Assembly: GCA_963777185.1 (NCBI GenBank)
Contig: CAVZPU010000003.1
Coordinates: 12,865 to 76,864 of the forward strand
DNA from: an uncultured Solirubrobacterales bacterium
Lineage (GTDB): Bacteria; Actinomycetota; Thermoleophilia; Solirubrobacterales; Solirubrobacteraceae
Reading direction: 5' to 3'
Length of the DNA: 64,000 bases
Shown here: positions 1 through 9,094 of the stretch, one piece after another
Numbering within the stretch: position 1 is the first letter of the stretch
Layout: each line of letters begins with the position of its first letter
The notes under the pieces: generated by a model
Database searches by the model: none
What the model was told of the DNA's origin: nothing
What the model saw: the letters and a program-made list of their open reading frames with translations, nothing else
Made by a program: the position numbers and the translations under genes

Positions 1-1
1 G

Positions 2-223
2 CGTGGCCTGCTCGTCGACGCGCTGCGCCGCCTCAACCAGGGGGCGGGCTCGGCCCTGCGCATCCAGCGCCTGTTGCTGCTCACCGAGCCGCCCGACATC
101 GACGCCGGAGAGATCACCGACAAGGGCTACATCAACCAGCGCGCCGTGCTGGAGACCCGCATCTCCACGGTGCAGACGTTGTTCGCCGAGCCGCCCCCGC
201 CCGCGGTGCTCAGCGGCGGGTAA
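2..223 (+). CDS. C-terminal end of feruloyl-CoA synthetase-like acyl-CoA ligase (partial, runs off window)
   Basis: Frame 2 reads ...LLLTEPPDIDAGEITDKGYINQRAVLETR...*; GEITDKGYINQRAVL is typical of the feruloyl-CoA synthetase C-terminus. Not in the ORF track. Confidence 0.8.
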   Translation, partial: RGLLVDALRRLNQGAGSALRIQRLLLLTEPPDIDAGEITDKGYINQRAVLETRISTVQTLFAEPPPPAVLSGG

Positions 224-232
224 GACCCTGTC

Positions 233-1030
233 GTGGTGGTCAAGCTCGACGGACGGGTCATCGAATACGAGGACATCGCCGGCGACTCGTCGCGCCCCGC
301 GCTCGTGTTCCTGCATGAGGGCCTGGGTTCGGTGGGACTGTGGCAGGACTTTCCGGGCCGGGTGGCGGCGAGCACCGGCCGGCGCGCGCTCGTGTACTCG
401 AGGTGGGGAAACGGGGCCTCGGATCCGCCCCCCGCGCCCCGCACGCCCGCCTTCATGCACGAAGAGGCTCGTTATGTGCTGCCGGCCCTGCTCAGTGCTT
501 GGGAGGTCGAGCGCCCCGTGCTCATCGGCCACAGCGACGGGGCGTCGATCGCCCTCATCTACGCTGCCGAGCATCCGGTCACCGCGCTCGTGGCCATTGC
601 CCCCCATGTCTTCGTCGAGGACGAGTGCCTGACCGAGATCCGGCGCGCCAAGGTGACCTACGAAGAGCAGGGGCGGCGCGAGCGAATGACCGAGCATCAC
701 CGGGACCCCGACGCGGCCTTCTACGGCTGGAATGACGTCTGGCTGGACCCCGCCTTCGCGGACTGGAACATCGAGGAGCTGGTGGCGCGGATCGAGGCCC
801 CGGTGCTTGTCATCCAGGGTGACGAGGACCCGTACGGCACGCTGGCCCAGATCGATTCCGTGGCCGCCCGGGTCCGGGGTCCGGTGCAGCGAGTGGTCCT
901 GCCCTGCCGGCACGCTCCCCACGTCCAGGCCCCAGAACCGACGCTGGCGGCGGTGAGCGCGTTCGTCGCCCCTGCGCCCACGGAAGCGGGCGCCCCGGTC
1001 AGAGCAGGTAGTCCGCCACCGCGCGGCTGA
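233..1030 (+). CDS. alpha/beta fold hydrolase
   Basis: LHEGLG oxyanion motif, GHSDG nucleophile elbow, D (GDEDPYG) and H (CRHAPH). Confidence 0.9.
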   Translation: MVVKLDGRVIEYEDIAGDSSRPALVFLHEGLGSVGLWQDFPGRVAASTGRRALVYSRWGNGASDPPPAPRTPAFMHEEARYVLPALLSAWEVERPVLIGHSDGASIALIYAAEHPVTALVAIAPHVFVEDECLTEIRRAKVTYEEQGRRERMTEHHRDPDAAFYGWNDVWLDPAFADWNIEELVARIEAPVLVIQGDEDPYGTLAQIDSVAARVRGPVQRVVLPCRHAPHVQAPEPTLAAVSAFVAPAPTEAGAPVRAGSPPPRG

Positions 1031-1661
1031 GCTCGTGGACGAGCTCCTCGTCGCTGATCTGGTAGGCCGACTCGAAGGTGGGGCCGTGGGTGATGCGCCT
1101 GGCGATGGCGCAGTAGACCATCCGGTAGGCGATGTCGACGGCCAGCTCCGGGTTGGGGTGCTTGATCTCGTCGTAGACCGTGAGCATGGCGGAGTGAAAC
1201 TGGCCGGCCGTCTCCTGGGAGTTGTCCGCCCCCCGGCGCCAGATCTCCGGATCCATCGGCGCCTGACGCATGAACACACGCAGCGTCGAGGCGTTGCCGA
1301 GCATGATCTCGGCCATGCCGGCCGTCAGCCGCTCGACGAGCTCGCGCGCGGTCAGGCCCTCCAGTCGGGAAACGCGCTCGAATTGCTCCTCCTGTTCCAG
1401 GATCCATTCCATGGCCCGCTCATAGATGGCCAGGATGAGCGCCTCGCGGCTCGGTACGCGGGCGTAGATGGAGCCGATGGACACGCCCGCGCGGCGGCTC
1501 ACCTCCTGCAGCGTGAAGCCCTCGAACCCGACCTCCTGCAAAAGCTCGAGGCCGGCCTGCAGTACGCGTTCGAGTGACTCCTGGCTACGGCGCTGCAGCG
1601 GAGGACGGATCAGGGGCTCGGACGAGGACACGGATTCAAGCTTAGGCCCGAATCGCGCCAC
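999..1661 (-). CDS. TetR/AcrR family regulator
   Basis: N-terminal HTH FTLQEVSRRAGVSIGSIYARVPSRE. Confidence 0.9.
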   Translation of the reverse strand: MARFGPKLESVSSSEPLIRPPLQRRSQESLERVLQAGLELLQEVGFEGFTLQEVSRRAGVSIGSIYARVPSREALILAIYERAMEWILEQEEQFERVSRLEGLTARELVERLTAGMAEIMLGNASTLRVFMRQAPMDPEIWRRGADNSQETAGQFHSAMLTVYDEIKHPNPELAVDIAYRMVYCAIARRITHGPTFESAYQISDEELVHELSRAVADYLL

Positions 1662-1778
1662 CGTCTAGACACACGAACCAGAATTCGCATTACTATCGTT
1701 AGCGGCTAGACACGAATAGCCGTTCTTGTTTGCCCCACAGCGGCGGCTACGCTGGCGCAGCGGTTGAGAGGAGAGAAG

Positions 1779-2641
1779 ATGGGCCTGTCTCATGCCGATG
1801 TGGTCGGCTCGCTGCTGGCAGCACCTGAGCTGGCGGAGGTGATGTCCTACGCCCCCCCGGCGCCGGATTTCCCCCGAGGAGCTCCGCGCGCTGCAGGACG
1901 GCGCCATCGACGCGGCGCTGGCCTGGCGCCCCTGGACGGCGCCCAGCAGGAGGCCAAGCTCCGGCTCGTGGCGGACGTGGCCCGGACGGTATGGAAGGAG
2001 GCAACGGTATGACAGACGGGCTGGGACGCGCCGCTCGACCGGCAGGCCAAGGTGGCCATCGAGCGCGACGAGGCATCGGCCGCCCATCCTTCTCCCAGAG
2101 ACGTCGGGCCGCCCTTCACGGGCCTGCCCGATCAGCGCAGCCTGGAGCGAGGCGGCCACCCGCTCGACGGCCTCGACCCGGAGGCGGCGCGGCGGACGAT
2201 CAGCGCACTGCGGGGCCTCGACCCCGAAGCGTGGACGGCGGCCTGGGGCGGGCTGGCCGACGAGTTCGCCGAGCGGGCCGAGAGCGGCGGGGTCCACATC
2301 ACTTTTACCGCGGAGTGGCAGCACAAGTCACGCCACGCCTCCTCGTATCTGATGGACCTCATGAACGCGCGGGCGCGCCTGTTCGGCGGCACGACCTTCG
2401 AGGACTATGTCGCCCGGTGCCCCGAGCTCTCGCTGCTGGACCAGGGGCTCCTCGACCAGCCCTCGGCGCCCCTGCTGCTGGTCAACGGCCGCCACGACCT
2501 GCAGAACTCGATCGACGACATCTATCTGAGCCTCGATCACGGTGACCCCAAGGCGGCCCCCGGCTGTTCGACGGCGGCCACATGGGCGAAGGTCCCATGG
2601 TGCCGACGATCGGCGCGTGGGTGAGCCGCCAGCTCGGCTAG
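1779..2641 (+). pseudogene. Degenerate fragments including an internally deleted alpha/beta hydrolase
   Basis: An N-terminal hydrolase segment (GLDPEAWTAAWGGLAD) abuts a C-terminal one (PLLLVNGRHD...frameshift...GGHMG) with no nucleophile region between; a short broken ORF lies upstream. Confidence 0.5.
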
Positions 2642-3507
2642 CGCAGTTTGAGCAGCTTGGCCGCGTTCTCCTTGAGCACGAGGGGGCGCACCTCATCCTT
2701 GATGGACAGGGCCGCGAAGTCGCGCAGCCAGCGGTCGGGCGTGATCAGCGGGTAGTCGGAGCCGAACAGCATCTTGTGGCGCAGCATTGTGTTCGTGTAG
2801 CGGATCAGGTTCTCGGGGAAGTACTTCGGCGACCAGCCGGACAGATCGATGTAGACGTTGGGCTTGTGCACGGCGATGGCCAGCGCCTCGTCCTGCCACG
2901 GGAAGGAAGGGTGGGCGAGGATGATGTCCAGCTCGGGGAAGTCGGCGGCCACGTCATCGACGTACATGGGGTTTGAGTACTTCAGGCGCACGCCGCCCCC
3001 GCCGGGCATGCCCGCGCCGATGCCCGTCGTGCCGGAGTGAAACAGGGCGATGAGACCGGCCTCGGCGAGGGCCTCGTAGAACGGGTAAAAGGTGCGCTCG
3101 TTGGGATAGAAGGCCTGGATGTTGGGGTGAAACTTGAACCCCCGCACGCCGGCCTCGATGAGCTCGCGGGCCTCGCGCACGGCGAGCTTGCCCTTGTGGG
3201 GATCGACGCTGGCGAACGGGATGACGACGTCGGGGTTGTCTCGCGCCGCCTGCAGCACCTCGTCGTTGCCGAGCCGCCGGCGACCCATGCCGGCCTCGTC
3301 GTCGACGTTGAAGACGACCGCCACCATGTTGCGCTCGCGGTAGTAATCGGCCACCTCCTGCGCCGTCGGCTGGTCGGGGCTACCGCCGAAGTAGCGCGCG
3401 GCCGCCTCCAGCACCTCCTCGGTAACGGGATCCTGGACCTCGCCTTCGTTGCGCTCGGCGTGGACATGCACGTCGATCGCGGCCAGGGCGTCTACGTCGA
3501 TGGTCAT
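2638..3507 (-). CDS. Amidohydrolase family 2, CouO-like (hydroxyphenyl-beta-ketoacyl-CoA hydrolase-like)
   Basis: IDVHVH, GFKFHP, AHPSFPWQDEA, NVYIDLSGWSPKYF, LFGSDYP; start at MTIDVD (3507); near the feruloyl-CoA ligase. Confidence 0.8.
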   Translation of the reverse strand: MTIDVDALAAIDVHVHAERNEGEVQDPVTEEVLEAAARYFGGSPDQPTAQEVADYYRERNMVAVVFNVDDEAGMGRRRLGNDEVLQAARDNPDVVIPFASVDPHKGKLAVREARELIEAGVRGFKFHPNIQAFYPNERTFYPFYEALAEAGLIALFHSGTTGIGAGMPGGGGVRLKYSNPMYVDDVAADFPELDIILAHPSFPWQDEALAIAVHKPNVYIDLSGWSPKYFPENLIRYTNTMLRHKMLFGSDYPLITPDRWLRDFAALSIKDEVRPLVLKENAAKLLKLR

Positions 3508-3523
3508 GTCGCTGGAGCAGCTT

Positions 3524-3644
3524 AGGTGTTCAAAACACCGCAGACAACCGGCGGCTGGGCCGACGTTGGTGGGATAGGCACCTGTCAGGTGCGAAACGCC
3601 CCACGGCCCGCTGCGCGTGGGCTCGTTGGGGTGTTCTGCACCCT
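3524..3644. repeat. Dispersed ~120-bp bipartite palindromic repeat, copy 1
   Basis: cctgtcaggtgcgaaacgcccca...ttggggtgttctgcaccct matches the reverse complement of 33081-33144 and resembles 8333-8391. Confidence 0.75.
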
Positions 3645-3676
3645 CGCCGGGGGGTGGTCCGCCGGACGGCGGCGGC

Positions 3677-5215
3677 TCAGTGCACGGCCGCTTCGCCCAA
3701 CGCCGGCTGCGGGCCCGCTTGCGCCCGTGACCCGCGGCGGAAGAAGGCCATGGCCAGGGCGGGCACGAAGGCGGCGGCCAGAAGGACGATCGCCCACACG
3801 AAGGTGGAGGCGAAGGCGCTGGCCAAGGGACCGGCGATGAGAGCGTGCTGGGCACCCGAAAGCCGCTGCAGCGAGGCCAGCCCTCCGCTCGAGCCGGCGC
3901 CGGCGTGTCCGGCGAAGCGCGCGGTGATCGCCGAGGCCAGGATGACCGAGAGGATGGCGGTGCCGATCGAGGCGCCGGCCTGGCGGATGATGTTCATGGC
4001 CGTGCTCGTGCGGGCAATCGCCGCGGGAGGCACGGCCTGCATCGCCGCCGTCATCGTCGGCATCATCGAGAGCCCCATGCCCAGCCCGGCCACGGCGCTG
4101 AAGCCACACAGCAGTCCATACGGGGTGTGCGCGGTGACGAAGGCAAAGGGCGCAAGCCCGATGACGAGCAGGGGAATCCCGGCCGCGGGCAGGTAGGTGG
4201 GCCCGTACTTGTCGGTCAGGCGTCCGGCCAGGGGCATCGTCACCATCGCCCCCAGCCCCTGAGGAGCGAGCAGCAGGCCGGCCTGGAGCGCGGAGGCCCC
4301 GCGCACGGACTGGTAATAGAGCGGAATGAGCAGCAGGGAGCCGAACATGGCGATGGCGAAGAGGAGGAACACGCCCGCCGACGCGCCCGCTCGGGTGTGG
4401 GTGAACAGGCGGATGTCGATGAGCGGCGCCTGCGCCCGCCAGCTGTGGGCGAAGAAGGCGGCGATGAGCAGCGCGCCCGCGACGGCGGGCCCCCAGGCGC
4501 CGACGGCTCCAAACCCGTGGGTCGATGACTGCGCCAACCCATAGATGAGCAGCGTCAGTCCCGGCGAGAGCAGGACCATGCCCAGCCAGTCGAGCCGGTG
4601 CGTTGGCTGCGACTGGTCGGGGTCGAGCACGAGCTGGGCGAGGATCAGGGCCAGGATCCCGATGGGCAGGTTGATGAAGAAGATCCAGCGCCAGGAGACA
4701 TCGTCGACGAGCCAGCCGCCCAGGATCGGTCCCAGGATCGGCGCGATGAGCATGGGCACGCCCAGCACGCCCATCACCCGGCCCATGCGCTGCGGGCCGG
4801 CCTTCTGGGTCATGATGGTCATGACCGACGGCATGATCATGCCGCCGCCGATGCCCTGCAGGACGCGGAAGAGGATGAGCGAAGCGGCGCTCCAGGCCAG
4901 GCCTGACATGACCGAGCCGAGCGTGAAGAGGATGAGCGAGCCCATGTAGATCCGCTTGGTGCCGAAGCGATCGGCCGCCCAGCCGGTGAGCGGGATCACG
5001 GCGGCCAGGGCCAGCGTGTAGCCGGTGATGACCCACTGAATCGTCGTCAGGCGCGCGCGGAAGGCGACGGCCAGGTGGTCGATGGCGACGTTGACCACGG
5101 TGGTGTCGAGAATCGACATGACCGCGCCCAGCATCACCACGCTGGCCACGATCCAGATCTCGCGATCCAGACCTTCCGGCTGGGCCGAGGGGGACGCGGA
5201 CCCGGTGCTCACCAA
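3677..5215 (-). CDS. DHA2 family MFS efflux transporter (EmrB/QacA)
   Basis: LDTTVVNVA, GWAADRFGTKR, GPILGGWL, WRWIFFINLPIG; ~14 hydrophobic segments. Confidence 0.95.
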   Translation of the reverse strand: MVSTGSASPSAQPEGLDREIWIVASVVMLGAVMSILDTTVVNVAIDHLAVAFRARLTTIQWVITGYTLALAAVIPLTGWAADRFGTKRIYMGSLILFTLGSVMSGLAWSAASLILFRVLQGIGGGMIMPSVMTIMTQKAGPQRMGRVMGVLGVPMLIAPILGPILGGWLVDDVSWRWIFFINLPIGILALILAQLVLDPDQSQPTHRLDWLGMVLLSPGLTLLIYGLAQSSTHGFGAVGAWGPAVAGALLIAAFFAHSWRAQAPLIDIRLFTHTRAGASAGVFLLFAIAMFGSLLLIPLYYQSVRGASALQAGLLLAPQGLGAMVTMPLAGRLTDKYGPTYLPAAGIPLLVIGLAPFAFVTAHTPYGLLCGFSAVAGLGMGLSMMPTMTAAMQAVPPAAIARTSTAMNIIRQAGASIGTAILSVILASAITARFAGHAGAGSSGGLASLQRLSGAQHALIAGPLASAFASTFVWAIVLLAAAFVPALAMAFFRRGSRAQAGPQPALGEAAVH

Positions 5216-5274
5216 CCTGATGCTAGTCGTCCTGTCATGTTCGCCCGTCGGGCGGGTAGTGATGTGCCGCCACC

Positions 5275-6876
5275 ATGCAGGCGACGGTGAAAGGGATGGC
5301 TGCCCTGAAGCGCGACGTCCGCGACGGGGTCATGGAGGTGATCCACCCGGGCCGCCCACGGCTGTCGGGGGAGGACCTCGAGCGGCTCGGGCGGGTCTCG
5401 GTGACCTTCGTCATCGTGGTCACCAACCTGCTCGGGGCCGTCAGCGTGTTCCTGCTCTGCCTGATCGTGGTGCCGCTGCCGGACATCCGCCACGCCGCGC
5501 GGGTGCGCACCGTCAATACGGAGCTGGCGGCGGGGTACGTCGTGGCGGCCGTCGTCGTGGGAGTTCTGATCGGCATCCGCGGCCTGCGCCGGATGCGGGA
5601 CTGGCTGCAGACCGAGCGCACCCCGTCGCTGGCCGACGCCCGCACCGTGCTGCTGGCCCCCCTGCGCCTGTTCCTGCTCCAGTTCACGCTCTGGTGCCTC
5701 GCCGCGGCCCTCTTTGGCGCCGTCAACTTCGGCTACTCGAGCGCGCTGGGCATCGAAGTCGGGATCGTGGTGCTCATCACCGGTCTGGTCACGGCCTCGT
5801 GCGCGTACCTGCTCACCGAGCTCATCCTGCGCCCGGCCGCCGCCCGGGCTTTGGCGCGGGGCGCCCCGGGGCGGCTGGCCGTGCCCGGCGTAGCCACCCG
5901 GTCGGTGCTGGCCTGGGCCATGGGCACGGGCTTGCCACTGGTCGGTGTCGTCGGCATCGGCATCCGGGCCCTGGTCAACCCGAGCAGCGCCACCGGCCGC
6001 GGACTCGCGGTGGCCATGACCGTGCTCGGCGGCGCCGGCCTCGCCGTCGGCCTGCTCGCGGTCACCGCGGCCGCCCGCGCCACCGCGGACCCCGTCAACT
6101 CGGTGCGCCGGGCGCTGGCCACCGTCCGTCAGGGCGAGTTCGATGTCCGCGTGCCCGTGTACGACGGCAGCGAGATCGGCCAGCTCCAGCTCGGCTTCAA
6201 CGACATGGTCCAAGGTCTGGCCGAGCGCGAGCGGATCCGCGAGGTCTTCGGCACCTACGTCGATCCGGAGGTCGCCCGCCATGTGCTCGACGAGGGCCAG
6301 TCGCTCGACGGCGAGGAGGTCGAGGTCACGGTCATGTTCGTCGACATCCGCGACTTCACCGGCTTTGCCGAGCACAAGGCCGCCTCCGAGGTCATCGCGG
6401 CCATCAACCGCCTCTTCGAGCAGGTCCTCCCGATCATCCACGACCACGCCGGCCGCGTGGACAAGTTCGTCGGCGACGGCCTCCTGGCCGTCTTCGGCGC
6501 CCCGCGCCGTCAGCCTGACCATGCCGATCAGGCGCTGTCGGCCGCGCTGGCGATCATGCAGGCGGTGCGCCGCAGCGACACCGAGCTGTGCATCGGCATC
6601 GGCATCAACTCAGGCACCGTGGTCGCCGGTAACGTGGGCGGCGCGGGACGGTTCGAGTTCAGCGTGATCGGCGACGCCGTCAACGTGGCCTCCCGCATCG
6701 AAGAGGCGACGCGGGAGACCGGCGATGACATCCTCCTGGCCGAGGCGACCGTCGAGTTGCTGCAGGACGGGAGCGTCCGGATGGCCAAGCGTGCCGACGT
6801 CCCCCTGCGAGGCCGCCAGGAGCCGGTGCAGCTCTACGCGCCGGACGGGGACGGGTCCTCTCAGTCGGGCATGTAG
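5275..6876 (+). CDS. Membrane class III adenylate/guanylate cyclase with HAMP domain
   Basis: TM region, HAMP (EIGQLQLGFNDM), FVDIRDFT, DKFVGDG, IGDAVNVASRIE. Confidence 0.93.
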   Translation: MQATVKGMAALKRDVRDGVMEVIHPGRPRLSGEDLERLGRVSVTFVIVVTNLLGAVSVFLLCLIVVPLPDIRHAARVRTVNTELAAGYVVAAVVVGVLIGIRGLRRMRDWLQTERTPSLADARTVLLAPLRLFLLQFTLWCLAAALFGAVNFGYSSALGIEVGIVVLITGLVTASCAYLLTELILRPAAARALARGAPGRLAVPGVATRSVLAWAMGTGLPLVGVVGIGIRALVNPSSATGRGLAVAMTVLGGAGLAVGLLAVTAAARATADPVNSVRRALATVRQGEFDVRVPVYDGSEIGQLQLGFNDMVQGLAERERIREVFGTYVDPEVARHVLDEGQSLDGEEVEVTVMFVDIRDFTGFAEHKAASEVIAAINRLFEQVLPIIHDHAGRVDKFVGDGLLAVFGAPRRQPDHADQALSAALAIMQAVRRSDTELCIGIGINSGTVVAGNVGGAGRFEFSVIGDAVNVASRIEEATRETGDDILLAEATVELLQDGSVRMAKRADVPLRGRQEPVQLYAPDGDGSSQSGM

Positions 6877-7718
6877 TCGAAGGTGTCGGGGTTGCCGCCG
6901 ATGCGCCCCTCCTCGCCCTTGTCGAGGCCGGCGATCTTCTCCACGTCCTCGTCGTCGAGCTCGAAGTCGAAGAGCGCGAAGTTCTCCTCGATCCGCGACG
7001 GCGTCGTGGACTTGGGAAAGACGATGTTCCCGCGCTCGATGTGCCAGCGCAGGACAACCTGGGCCGGCGTGCGATCGACTCGTTCGGCGATCTCGGTGAT
7101 GGCCCCGGCCTCGAGCACTTCGCCCTGGGCGATCGGCGACCACGCCTCGGTGGCGATGTCGTGCTCCTCGCCGTAGCGGCGGACCTCGTCGTTGACGAAG
7201 TACGGATGGAGCTCGATCTGGTTGACGGCGGGCGTCACGTCGGTCTCGGCGGCCAGGCGCTCGAGATGGGCGACCTGGAAGTTCGAGACCCCGATCGACC
7301 GCGCCCGGCCCTGCTCCTGGAATTCCTCGAGCACTTTCCAGGTCGAGACGAAGTCGCCGTCGTAGAGGGTGGGCAAAGGCCAGTGGATGAGAAAGAGGTC
7401 GACGTAGTCGAACCCGAGCTCAGAGAGCGTGCGCTCGAAGTACTCGCGGGCGTCGTCGGGGCGATGAGCGCCGTTGTGCAGCTTGCTGGTGATAAAGACG
7501 TCGTCGCGATCGAGGCCGGCGCTGCGAATCGCCTCGCCCACCCCGCGCTCGTTGCCGTACATCTCGGCCGTATCGATGTGCCGGTAGCCGATCTCCAGCG
7601 CCGTGCCCACCGCCTCCGCGGTTTCCTCGGGCGGAATCTGAAAGACCCCGAAGCCGAGCTGCGGGATCTCGCGGCCGTCGTTGAGCTTGACCGTGGGGAT
7701 CGTCTGCTGGGTGGCCAT
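6861..7718 (-). CDS. Aldo/keto reductase (2,5-DKG reductase-like)
   Basis: GYRHIDTAEMYGNE, LFLIHWP, SIGVSNF, PKSTTPSRIEEN. Confidence 0.95.
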   Translation of the reverse strand: MATQQTIPTVKLNDGREIPQLGFGVFQIPPEETAEAVGTALEIGYRHIDTAEMYGNERGVGEAIRSAGLDRDDVFITSKLHNGAHRPDDAREYFERTLSELGFDYVDLFLIHWPLPTLYDGDFVSTWKVLEEFQEQGRARSIGVSNFQVAHLERLAAETDVTPAVNQIELHPYFVNDEVRRYGEEHDIATEAWSPIAQGEVLEAGAITEIAERVDRTPAQVVLRWHIERGNIVFPKSTTPSRIEENFALFDFELDDEDVEKIAGLDKGEEGRIGGNPDTFDYMPD

Positions 7719-7894
7719 GGGTTTCGCTCCTTCGTCGAATCAGTGTCTCCACTTCTCCTACCCGCCCGACACGGCCTCTCCCAGCCCTCGTCCCCATGCA
7801 TAAAACGCCGGGACAGCGGGCAGTCCTGCCGCTAAGCCCGAGTCGCAACGCTGTACCGGACCGGGCCGACAACGATCGAATGGAGGCGATTCAC

Positions 7895-8128
7895 ATGGGT
7901 TGGGGCACATCTATCTTCCTCATCGCCCTCGGCGCGATTTTGCGCTTCGCGGTGACGGTCACGACGAGCGGGTTCAACGTCCATACAGTTGGCGTGATCC
8001 TCATGGTCGTGGGCGTGATCGGCTTTGTCATCTCGCTGCTCTTCATGACCATGTGGGCCGACCGCGGCCGCGCCGTCGCCGTGCGCCGGCGCGAGGTCCC
8101 CGTCATGCGCGAGAGCGAATACCTCTGA
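7895..8128 (+). CDS. Small two-TM membrane protein (DUF6458-like)
   Basis: MGWGTSIFLIALGAILRFAV...VGVILMVVG; GGAGG SD upstream. Confidence 0.75.
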   Translation: MGWGTSIFLIALGAILRFAVTVTTSGFNVHTVGVILMVVGVIGFVISLLFMTMWADRGRAVAVRRREVPVMRESEYL

Positions 8129-8274
8129 GTCAGGACGGTCGCACCTGAGCCGGAGCGTGGCCGGCTCAGGTCCGCCCCCGCCAGGGGACCGGGGTCCGGG
8201 CCGCCGGGGCACGGGGCGCCACCCGCCTGCGCACCCGCACCCACGCGCGCCCCCGCACCCGCACCCCTCGCACG

Positions 8275-8391
8275 CGCACGAAAGTCCCCAAATTCCCGCG
8301 TCCGCGACGACCGTGGGGACATGTGCACCCACCAGGTCCACAAAGCCCCAACCCGCGGGCGCAAGCGTGTGGTTGGGGGGTTTTGCACCCT
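8275..8391. repeat. Dispersed bipartite palindromic repeat, copy 2
   Basis: aaagtccccaa...gtggggac...caggtccacaaagccccaa...ttggggggttttgcaccct. Confidence 0.65.
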
Positions 8392-8428
8392 GTCCGGATG
8401 AGAAGCGCGTGCTAGAACCCCGGCCACG

Positions 8429-9094
8429 GTGCCGGAGGCGGTGATCTTCGATCTCGACGGGGTGCTGCTCGACTCCGAGCAGCTCTGGAACCGGGCCAAG
8501 GAGGAACTCGTCCGCGAGGCCGGTGGCCACTGGCGCGAGGACGCACCCCGGGCGATGATGGGCATGAGCTCGATCGAGTGGTCGGCCTACATCCGCGACA
8601 CGCTGGGCGTCGATCGTGATGCGGCGAAGATCGACCACGATGTCGTGAGACGGATGGAGGCGCTCTACCGCGACGCGCTGCCCCTGCTGCCCGGGGCGGT
8701 GCAGGCGGTGCGGGAGTTGCACGCGCGCTGGCCCCTCGGATTGGCCTCCTCGTCGAACCGGGAGATCATCGACCTGGCCCTCGAGCTGGCTGGACTGAGC
8801 GACGCTTTCGCGGCCACCGTGTCCTCCGAGGAGGTGGCGCAGGGCAAGCCCGCCCCGGACGTCTATGCGGAGACGGCGCGACGGATGGGCGTCGACCCCA
8901 GCGGCTGCGTCGCCGTGGAGGACTCGAGCAACGGGCTGCGTTCGGCCGCGGCGGCGGGAATGTCGGTCATCGCCGTGCCCAATCCTCACTACCCGCCCGA
9001 CGACGGTGCTCTGGGCCTCGCGGCCGCGAGGCTCGAGACGCTCCGCGAGCTCACCCCGTCGCTCGTCGAGGCTGTGAGCGCCCCGGGCGCGTGA
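8429..9094 (+). CDS. HAD family phosphatase
   Basis: FDLDGVLLDS, ASSS, GKPAPD, EDSSNG. Confidence 0.95.
   Translation: MPEAVIFDLDGVLLDSEQLWNRAKEELVREAGGHWREDAPRAMMGMSSIEWSAYIRDTLGVDRDAAKIDHDVVRRMEALYRDALPLLPGAVQAVRELHARWPLGLASSSNREIIDLALELAGLSDAFAATVSSEEVAQGKPAPDVYAETARRMGVDPSGCVAVEDSSNGLRSAAAAGMSVIAVPNPHYPPDDGALGLAAARLETLRELTPSLVEAVSAPGA

Noticed and set aside
5082-6522. Long alternative-frame and antisense ORFs here and throughout the window
   Set aside because: Expected in ~72% GC DNA; they are Arg/Pro/Ala-rich, motif-free and overlap well-supported genes.
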